Shown here: in pieces, positions 57,061 to 64,000 of the stretch
How positions within the stretch are numbered: position 1 is the stretch's first letter
Layout: each line of letters starts with the position of its first letter
Origin: a virus
IMG/VR virus record: IMGVR_UViG_3300025141_013434
Coordinates: 81,244-145,243 of that record
Direction: 5' to 3' (one strand)
DNA length: 64,000 nucleotides
The notes under the pieces: model-generated
Database searches by the model: none
What the model saw: only the letters and a program-made list of their open reading frames with translations
Told to the model about the DNA's origin: nothing
Program-made: the position numbers and the translations under genes

Positions 57061-57907
57061 GATCTTCTATAACCTTTTCTGTTTTTTCTATGTTATGAGT
57101 TAGGTCTAGGCCCTTTTCAAGTGCGTCCGAACCAGAAAACGCAAAGACCACCTTATTATTTACTTGTTCTTTTCTCACTTGAGAGAGCAAGTCCGCAAAC
57201 ATGGTTTCAGTTTCTTCTGCGGTCTGGTTGGGCGGAACTTCAAGCAACATTACATGATCTTCCCGGTATAAGAGGGCCGGAGTGTGATGTGGAAACACCC
57301 TTTTGTCTAACTTCCATCCAGGGTTATTTTCAACGAACTCATCTACTGCAGTCTTTACCCCCCGCTTTTTCCCCTGAGTGTCTTTTGGTTTAGCCAAAAG
57401 ATGCAAGTGTTCCTCGTATCCATCTACTTCTGAAAAGTATTCATCATCTTCTGCCCAGCGGCCGTCGTAATCATCTATGACCATCAGACCTGTTTTCGCC
57501 AACTGGTTTGAAAGAATTTCCAATTCTTTGGATACTGTATAATAATTGTGATCACCATCCAAAAAGACAACATCCCAATATCCCCATTCCTTGTAGGACT
57601 CGTCAGCATCTAATATTACTTGAAATTTCTCTAAAAAATCTAAACTATTGTTTCTTAGCATCATCACTGTTTGTTTCTCTGAGTCGAGGTCACCGGTCAG
57701 GTTGGCTAGTATGATTCCAAGGGTTTCATCCTGCATGACGTCGACCCCCGTGAGTTGGAAATTTTCTCTATTCTTCATAAGGTGGGCGACGAGAGGTATA
57801 AAAGTTTGACCTTTATGTACGCCAATTTCTAAAATTTTTGGAGTTATCTCTTGACCAAACCCAGAGAGGTAACCTCTTATAAATCCTAAATATCCCCAAT
57901 AAGCCAT
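57050..57907 (-). CDS. Class I SAM methyltransferase (Methyltransf_24-like)
   Basis: ILEIGVHKG, VFLDGDHNY, GLMVIDDY, GVKTAVDEF. Confidence 0.8.
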   Translation of the reverse strand: MAYWGYLGFIRGYLSGFGQEITPKILEIGVHKGQTFIPLVAHLMKNRENFQLTGVDVMQDETLGIILANLTGDLDSEKQTVMMLRNNSLDFLEKFQVILDADESYKEWGYWDVVFLDGDHNYYTVSKELEILSNQLAKTGLMVIDDYDGRWAEDDEYFSEVDGYEEHLHLLAKPKDTQGKKRGVKTAVDEFVENNPGWKLDKRVFPHHTPALLYREDHVMLLEVPPNQTAEETETMFADLLSQVRKEQVNNKVVFAFSGSDALEKGLDLTHNIEKTEKVIEDHEK

Positions 57908-57908
57908 C

Positions 57909-58982
57909 TTAAATTATCTCCTTTATTATTCTTGAAATTCTCTTTCCGGATTTGCCGTCCCACAGTTCTGGCTTCTCGAACGGTGGCAGATTCTTTGCTT
58001 TTATCATGTTCAAAGAGGATACAACCTCACTTTTCGAATCTACCAACCGGTTGCTTCCTGCATGAATTGTTGAGGGTCTTTCCGTATTTTTTCTAAGTGT
58101 CAAGCATGGAATACCCAAAGCTGTAGTTTCTTCCTGAATGCCCCCTGAATCAGTGAGTACTGCAGCACTGTTTTTCATCAATGCAGAAAACTCAAAATAA
58201 CCAACAGGATCTATCACTTCTAGTTTTTCTATAGAGTTAAGATCATTAAGTAAACCAAAATTTGCAAAACTATTTCTCGTTCTAGGATGTATGGGGAAAA
58301 TCATTTTAGTACTTACCGATTTACAAATATCCAGTATTTTATTTAATCCCTCAAGATTGTCAACATTGGAGGGTCGATGTAAAGTAACCAAAATATAATC
58401 CTCATCCGCGGGTGAGTCTTCTATCAACGGAAGAACATTATAAAGAGAATCTATCATAGTATTACCCACAAAAAAGATAGAATCTTGACTAGCGCCCTCA
58501 TTCAAAAGATTTTTAACAGCTGAGTTTTCTGTCACAAAGTGAAAATCAGATATTCTATCTACAATTATGCGATTTGTTTCTTCTGGCATTGACCTGTCAA
58601 AACTTCTGAGGCCAGCTTCTATGTGAGCAATTGGAATTCCCATCTTTGTTGCTGCAATAGCAGCGCCGAGAGTTGAGTTGACATCACCATAAACTACCAC
58701 AAGATCGACCCTCTTGCCTGTGAGATATCTTTCTATACCAGTAATGACATCTGCTACTTGCTTTCCTTGCATTCTTGAAGATGCAATCTTTAAGTTTATA
58801 TCTGGCTTTGGAATCTTCAAAGCTTTGAAAAAAATATCAGATAAATTTGCATCATAGTGTTGCCCAGTGTGTATAACAATCTGCTTTAAATCTTTTATTT
58901 CTTCCTTTAGAGCGTTAATGACTGGTGCGGCCTTAACAAAGTTGGGCCTTGCACCAACTACATGTACAATATTTTTAGTCAT
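57909..58982 (-). CDS. wecB: UDP-N-acetylglucosamine 2-epimerase (non-hydrolysing)
   Basis: GARPNFVK, HTGQHYD, GDVNST, HIEAGLRSFD, MPEETNR, TLHRPSNVD, TDSGGIQEE, TERP. Confidence 0.92.
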   Translation of the reverse strand: MTKNIVHVVGARPNFVKAAPVINALKEEIKDLKQIVIHTGQHYDANLSDIFFKALKIPKPDINLKIASSRMQGKQVADVITGIERYLTGKRVDLVVVYGDVNSTLGAAIAATKMGIPIAHIEAGLRSFDRSMPEETNRIIVDRISDFHFVTENSAVKNLLNEGASQDSIFFVGNTMIDSLYNVLPLIEDSPADEDYILVTLHRPSNVDNLEGLNKILDICKSVSTKMIFPIHPRTRNSFANFGLLNDLNSIEKLEVIDPVGYFEFSALMKNSAAVLTDSGGIQEETTALGIPCLTLRKNTERPSTIHAGSNRLVDSKSEVVSSLNMIKAKNLPPFEKPELWDGKSGKRISRIIKEII

Positions 58983-59961
58983 TTATAAGATTATCTCCTG
59001 TCTTTATTCCGGCCAATTGGGCCCAATGGTCGGCCCACAACTCGTTCCCATTTTCATCTGAAAGTCTTGTTATTTCTATACAATCGCCATCACTCACTAT
59101 TACCGAAAGGCCTGCACAATTGTTCTGACGATTGTTGATACAGACGACATTTCCAACTTTATAAGGAAAATAACCATACTTTCTTCTCAGGTTCCATATG
59201 GTTATTTTTCCATATTTTGTTTCTAAAAATGCGCCTGGATAAGGATGAGTCAGAGCCCGGGTGAAATCACAAATCTTCTTAACTGGCCAATTTAAATCTA
59301 TCTTACCATCCTCTGGAGTTCTTTTATAATATCTTGTTGCTTTTGAGTTATCTTGTGGGGCTATTGTTTCCTTGCTTTCTGCTATCTTTGGTATAGTTCT
59401 CTCCAGCATGGTCAGGGCTGTCTTGTCTACCTTGAGATAGGCAGTTCGAATATCATCCCTCTCTTCTATAATAAAGGGTTCAAAGTCTAACACGCCGCCA
59501 GTATCCGTCTTTTCTTCCATAATAAAAAGACTATTTCCCCACTCAACGGACTCTTGGTTGCTTTCTATTATCTTCCAGTTTATTACTGCTGCGCCGCGGC
59601 CGATAGGAAGAGGAGATGGGTGAATTCCTATGCAATATTTTTCAGGAACATTCAAAAGGTCTTTTTTAAAAATCTGTGACCAACCACATTGTACAATAAC
59701 TTCCGGGTTTCTTCTGGAAATCCAATCAACAGTCTTTTTATTATTAATGTTATCAGTCCAGAAAACGTTATAGGGGTTTTCTTTGTAAAATTCTGCCATG
59801 CAATCGTAGTTTGATTTAGTAGTGCCCAGGGATGGTTTTAAATTAACGACGCCAACAAGATCAGATATTTCATCCAAAAGAGACACTACTTTTCTGGCCA
59901 GGGGAGTACAGCCGACAACAAGAGTTCTTAAGTTTGAGACTCTAACATTTTCATTGCCCAT
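58975..59961 (-). CDS. Formyltransferase, Fmt/ArnA-like with C-terminal domain
   Basis: GIHPSPLPIGRGAAVINW, DTG, QDNSKATRY.KRTPEDGKIDLNW, RALTHPYPGA. Confidence 0.85.
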   Translation of the reverse strand: MGNENVRVSNLRTLVVGCTPLARKVVSLLDEISDLVGVVNLKPSLGTTKSNYDCMAEFYKENPYNVFWTDNINNKKTVDWISRRNPEVIVQCGWSQIFKKDLLNVPEKYCIGIHPSPLPIGRGAAVINWKIIESNQESVEWGNSLFIMEEKTDTGGVLDFEPFIIEERDDIRTAYLKVDKTALTMLERTIPKIAESKETIAPQDNSKATRYYKRTPEDGKIDLNWPVKKICDFTRALTHPYPGAFLETKYGKITIWNLRRKYGYFPYKVGNVVCINNRQNNCAGLSVIVSDGDCIEITRLSDENGNELWADHWAQLAGIKTGDNLIND

Positions 59962-60485
59962 CTTCTTGCTATCTCCTTGTGACCTTCGTTCGTGAAGTGA
60001 ACCCCATCAACGTAATATTGTTCAATTCCAAACATGTCGCAAACATCAAAATCCATTTTAACAGACAACTTCATTATAACATCATTATAGGAATCAATCA
60101 AGAAAGTATTCTTAAAATATAGAGGGGTGAAAGCTAGAGAAGGAAGAGTCGCGACAATGACGTGCATTCCATGTATTCTGCACATTGTAATTATTTGTCT
60201 TAAATTATCCTCATATATCTCTGTGGGCATAGCCTTTTGAGTATCGTTTGTACCTATCATAATTAAAGCAATTTTAGAATCCTTATGGGCCCTGGTGGCG
60301 TTCCAAGTTCTACGTAATAAATCAGAACTGGTTTCTCCGCTTATACCGTGGTTATGACAAATATAAACCTCTCCAGACTGTTCTGTCATTATTTTTGATA
60401 ATTCTACTGTAGGCGAGCGTCCGTATTCATCTCGTGCACCGTAAGTGATAGAGTCACCCAAACAAAGTATTTCATTCCAAATCAT
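59928..60485 (-). CDS. SGNH/GDSL hydrolase (esterase or acyltransferase)
   Basis: GDSIT, NHGISG, GTND and DGVH blocks. Confidence 0.9.
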   Translation of the reverse strand: MIWNEILCLGDSITYGARDEYGRSPTVELSKIMTEQSGEVYICHNHGISGETSSDLLRRTWNATRAHKDSKIALIMIGTNDTQKAMPTEIYEDNLRQIITMCRIHGMHVIVATLPSLAFTPLYFKNTFLIDSYNDVIMKLSVKMDFDVCDMFGIEQYYVDGVHFTNEGHKEIARRWAMKMLESQT

Positions 60486-61555
60486 TTTGGCTTCCTTTCA
60501 ATAGTTGACTGTATAATCGGCTTCCTTCCAAGGGCTTGTTGTATAATCTTATTAATATCTATGACCGAAAAGGAAGAACTATACGTCTGGCCCGGCTCTA
60601 CTTTTAAAAAAATCATGAAATCATCAACAATCCTGATACAATAATTGCCGCTGTCACTCAAAAACACACGATCATAGTAAGCCTGAACTGGATGGAGAGG
60701 TGTTTGACTGGAGTTTTTTCTTATTTCTCTTGTTTCCCCGGCAGACGGAGGAAACTCCAAAAGATATGCTTTTTCGATCTTTTCTTTTGTCATATAATAA
60801 TTTGGCGGTCTTTTTTTTGTCAGGTATACGCGATCTTGCTTTTGGCAACTTACCAAGCAAGTCAAATTAGATAAATCAAACAAATCTAAAACATTTGTAG
60901 TGATTTCTCCTAGTTTTGATATATGATCGTCACTAACAAAAATTAAATTTGACCCCGTACAAGCAACAAGAGAATAGCCCTTCTCTTTTGCCAACATTAC
61001 AAAAGACTTAATGGAAGCACCGGTGCCCAAATATTTCTGTATAGGATCGACATATTCTAAGTTTGGAGGTATTGTTTGGTTATACTCTATAACAACACAT
61101 TTTGGTTTATATTGTTCAAAATTCGACCATATATGATAGTCATTGCCATCGACATCGATTGATACCAAATCAAAATCTTTCTCAAATTTGATCCCGTGGG
61201 GTTCGTGCTGAACATTGAAATCATTCAAGATTGCATCCAAGTGATAATGGCCTTCATAATGCTCTGGGGAGTCTTTAGGGTATGCATCAACGAAACAATT
61301 AAGAGTAAAGACGTTTTTGAACTTTTCAACGTTTTTATTTAATTTATCATATTCGTCGATGCCGGGTTCAATCAGAATGGTTTGCCAACCTTTTTTATAA
61401 AAAGGAGCCGTGTTGGAATTCCACAAGCCATCATTTGCCCCAAATTCCACACAAGTTCCCTTTTCTATGCCCAGTCTTTTAAAAATTTCGATAAGAATTC
61501 CGTTAGTTCCATCTCCCGAGGTTATGTCTGATGCATATTCGTTTAAATTTTCCAT
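60482..61555 (-). CDS. FkbM-like methyltransferase
   Basis: CVEFGANDG...SNT, DLVSIDVDGNDY, PKCVVIEYN, GAS...KGYSLV...NLIFV. Confidence 0.7.
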   Translation of the reverse strand: MENLNEYASDITSGDGTNGILIEIFKRLGIEKGTCVEFGANDGLWNSNTAPFYKKGWQTILIEPGIDEYDKLNKNVEKFKNVFTLNCFVDAYPKDSPEHYEGHYHLDAILNDFNVQHEPHGIKFEKDFDLVSIDVDGNDYHIWSNFEQYKPKCVVIEYNQTIPPNLEYVDPIQKYLGTGASIKSFVMLAKEKGYSLVACTGSNLIFVSDDHISKLGEITTNVLDLFDLSNLTCLVSCQKQDRVYLTKKRPPNYYMTKEKIEKAYLLEFPPSAGETREIRKNSSQTPLHPVQAYYDRVFLSDSGNYCIRIVDDFMIFLKVEPGQTYSSSFSVIDINKIIQQALGRKPIIQSTIERKPK

Positions 61556-61556
61556 G

Positions 61557-62504
61557 TTATAGCCTATAATACTCTTTCATCCATTGAACTGTCTCCCACA
61601 CTCCCTCTTCAAGAGATACTGTGTTCTTGTGGTCCAAGTCCCTTACAGACTTTGCTGCGTCGACGTGTTTATGTTTTGTTGTTAAAATTTCATTGTGATC
61701 TCGATAATCAACCAAAGATGCGTCAGCCTTTGTGTACTTTACCAAAATTTTTGCTAAATCTTCAATACTATGTTCTTGGTCTGAGGCAATATTATAAATT
61801 TCACCGTCAATGAAATTATCCGCAATATTTGCCAAGGTCCGAACACTGTCATATATGTATGTACTTGTCCTGGAGTGACCCTTGAATACTGTTATTGGCT
61901 TTCCGTGGAGCAGATTATATGTGAAGAGACAGTTCACACTCCGAAAAGGGTGATACCACTCTCCGGGCCCGTATGTATTGAAAAACCGAACCATCACCGT
62001 CTGGGTATTATGTTGAGATCTGGAATTGTAAACCTGCATCTCATTGACCCTCTTACTCATTGCATAATCGTTCATCTGGATAATCGGGGTTTGTTTTAAA
62101 ACATCCTCATACATCATACCTTCGTAGTCTCCGTACACCTCGGAAGAAGAACAGTGCACCAATTTAAAACCATGTTTTTCTTGGAGTCTGATAATATGTT
62201 TCATTCCTATAACATTTGATTTCCAGACTTTTTCATAAAAATGTTCACCGTTCCAGCGGCCAAATTCTGCTGCGCAGTTATATACCAGATCAGGCTTAAC
62301 ATGCTCAATGATGTTTTCTATCTGCCTGAATTCACCGATATCACATCGAAAATAGTCATCTTTTTCTATCTTGCCCAGGCCATGGCCATAGTTTCGATCT
62401 GTATGATACAAATCAACACCAAAAACTTCGTGTCCTCTAATCTTGAGAATTTCTTCTAGCTTGCTGCCAATAACTCCTAAAACACCTGTAACTAATATTT
62501 TCAC
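61557..62504 (-). CDS. NAD-dependent nucleotide-sugar epimerase/dehydratase
   Basis: TGVLGVIG, SSSEVYG, YAMSK, RFFNTYGPG. Confidence 0.9.
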   Translation of the reverse strand: MKILVTGVLGVIGSKLEEILKIRGHEVFGVDLYHTDRNYGHGLGKIEKDDYFRCDIGEFRQIENIIEHVKPDLVYNCAAEFGRWNGEHFYEKVWKSNVIGMKHIIRLQEKHGFKLVHCSSSEVYGDYEGMMYEDVLKQTPIIQMNDYAMSKRVNEMQVYNSRSQHNTQTVMVRFFNTYGPGEWYHPFRSVNCLFTYNLLHGKPITVFKGHSRTSTYIYDSVRTLANIADNFIDGEIYNIASDQEHSIEDLAKILVKYTKADASLVDYRDHNEILTTKHKHVDAAKSVRDLDHKNTVSLEEGVWETVQWMKEYYRL

Positions 62505-64000
62505 TATTCTTCTCTCCTGCTGACTAACAAACCTTGTTCATAAAAATATAAATAATCTATCTCAGTTCCAAGAAAACAATTTATGGCATGCTCTGGATTT
62601 TCGCAGATAGGCTCCCTATCGTTGAAGCTTGTATTAAGTAGAATTGGAACTCCGCTTTTTTCACGCCACTTTGTTATGAGGTTATAGTACCACTCGTTGT
62701 CATTTTTTGTAACAGTTTGCAACCTAGCAGAACCATCAAAATGCACGACAGCTGGTACCTTATCTCTTACCTCTTCTTTGAACTTAACGACATAACTCAT
62801 ATAGGGGCTATCAACATCCTTTTCGAACCAGTTTTTAACTTCCTCTCTCAATACCGATGGGGCAAATGGCCGAAACCACTGACGATGTTTAACTTTTTCG
62901 TTTATTATATCCTTCATGCCTGGAGATCTTGGATCAGCAAGGATACTTCTGTTTCCGAGCGCTCTTCTACCCGACTCCGAACCTTCTCCGAAAACGGCCA
63001 CGATCTTCTGATCATCCAATAGATCTACCACTTCATCGACAGAAGATTCTCTAACTTTAATTTTTTCTTTAAATTTCTCAAGAATTGGACTCAATATATG
63101 AGAATAATTTCTCCCTAAGTAGGGAGTGAAATTATCCTCCCAGATAATCCTAGGATTATCTAAAGTCTGATGCCAAACATACTGCGCTGCGCCGATCGTT
63201 AATCCGCCGTCATGTGGTGTTGGAGTTACATAAAAATTCTTGTCTGGAAACCAGTCTAACATTTTACCCATCACTACCGAGTTTAAAGTCACGCCGCCGG
63301 CGAAACAAAGATTTTTGTGGTGGCCATGAGATTCCATGAACTTTTCCAAGATTGATCTCAAATATATTTCAGTGGCCTTTTGTAGGCCGGCGGCCAAGTC
63401 AAACTGAGCCTGTTCTCCTTCTCTCGCTATCAGTGTCCATTTGTGCAGATAAGGATGCTTTGGATCAGTGCCTATGTTTTCATCTGGCTGGCCTGCAGGC
63501 TTATGATAAGCTTGTCTTAAATCTCTTGTAAACATATTATAAAAATCATTGAAATATTTATCAGGATCGCCCATACAGGCCATGGCCATAACTGTACCCG
63601 CTTGATGGCCTCGTGGATATCCAGACTGTAATCCAAAAATATATCTTGTTGAGCGTGTCCAAACGCCACCAATATTGAGATTATCTATCGGAAAAACATG
63701 AATAGGTCTTATTTTATTATCTTTACCCTCCCAGACGGTAAAAGAGGTTATGAAGCCTTCCTCTGTCTCAATCCCTCCACCATCAATAGTAATAATGAGT
63801 GCCTCGTCGAAATTGCTAGAAAAGAAAGCATTCGCCGCATGGGCTTGGTGATGACCCACCACATAAAGATTGCCACCATTGCTCTTTAGTGTGCTTTCCA
63901 GTTTAGTTAGAGAATCATTATAGGCTTGTAATTTTTTGAAAGAATAATTCGTAGCAAAATATTTCAAATCTTTAAGAGGACCGAAGTCATCGAACATAAA
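62504..64000 (-). CDS. O-carbamoyltransferase, NodU/CmcH/TobZ family (N-terminus probably outside the window)
   Basis: HHQAHA, IDGGG, AGGVTLN, DGGLTIGAA, RALGNRSILADP, KHRQWFRPFAP, DGSARLQTV, LNTSFN. The frame is open to the window edge. Confidence 0.9.
   Translation of the reverse strand, partial: FMFDDFGPLKDLKYFATNYSFKKLQAYNDSLTKLESTLKSNGGNLYVVGHHQAHAANAFFSSNFDEALIITIDGGGIETEEGFITSFTVWEGKDNKIRPIHVFPIDNLNIGGVWTRSTRYIFGLQSGYPRGHQAGTVMAMACMGDPDKYFNDFYNMFTRDLRQAYHKPAGQPDENIGTDPKHPYLHKWTLIAREGEQAQFDLAAGLQKATEIYLRSILEKFMESHGHHKNLCFAGGVTLNSVVMGKMLDWFPDKNFYVTPTPHDGGLTIGAAQYVWHQTLDNPRIIWEDNFTPYLGRNYSHILSPILEKFKEKIKVRESSVDEVVDLLDDQKIVAVFGEGSESGRRALGNRSILADPRSPGMKDIINEKVKHRQWFRPFAPSVLREEVKNWFEKDVDSPYMSYVVKFKEEVRDKVPAVVHFDGSARLQTVTKNDNEWYYNLITKWREKSGVPILLNTSFNDREPICENPEHAINCFLGTEIDYLYFYEQGLLVSRREE

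Noticed and set aside
963-63889. Numerous plus-strand ORFs and short nested minus-strand ORFs in the ORF track
   Set aside because: They lie within or across long, motif-bearing minus-strand genes and show no recognisable domains; treated as shadow ORFs.
1-64000. CRISPR arrays, tRNAs, rRNAs, introns, inteins, transposases
   Set aside because: No regularly spaced repeats or recognisable motifs were seen, and intergenic gaps are under 80 bp. A degenerate intein in the giant ORFs cannot be excluded without a search.

Overview
This 64 kb window looks like part of a large contractile-tailed (jumbo/huge-type) bacteriophage genome. All credible genes are on the minus strand, tightly packed, in the standard code, and several have GGAGG/AGGA Shine-Dalgarno sites. 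In transcription order (right to left) there are five blocks. (1) 45.5-64 kb: a cluster of about 20 soluble sugar-nucleotide, glycosyl-, formyl-, carbamoyl-, methyl- and sulfotransferase genes with a NeuB/NeuA pair. No flippase, polymerase or membrane transferase is visible. (2) 43.7-45.5 kb: small genes, an FmdB zinc ribbon and a gp55-like late sigma factor. (3) 28.7-43.7 kb: a tail-tip module with two paralogues that share an N-terminal domain but carry different peptidoglycan peptidases (MepA/M74 versus M23), a gp5-like spike, a 2614-aa PG-binding protein, and gp25- and gp6-like baseplate genes. (4) 2.8-28.7 kb: giant baseplate/fibre-attachment proteins, including a 3957-aa LamG-containing protein. 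(5) 0-2.8 kb: a J-domain protein, RuvC-like resolvase, DnaG-type primase and a partial SbcD/Mre11-like phosphoesterase. The most notable signal is a [S/T]-[G/A/S]-S tripeptide enriched in only four outer structural proteins, which together with the soluble glycan cluster suggests a phage-encoded virion glycosylation system with its own sequon. Other highlights are a split spike with interchangeable cell-wall hydrolases and a repeatedly inserted surface module. All assignments come from motif recognition by eye; no searches were run and all counts are manual and approximate.
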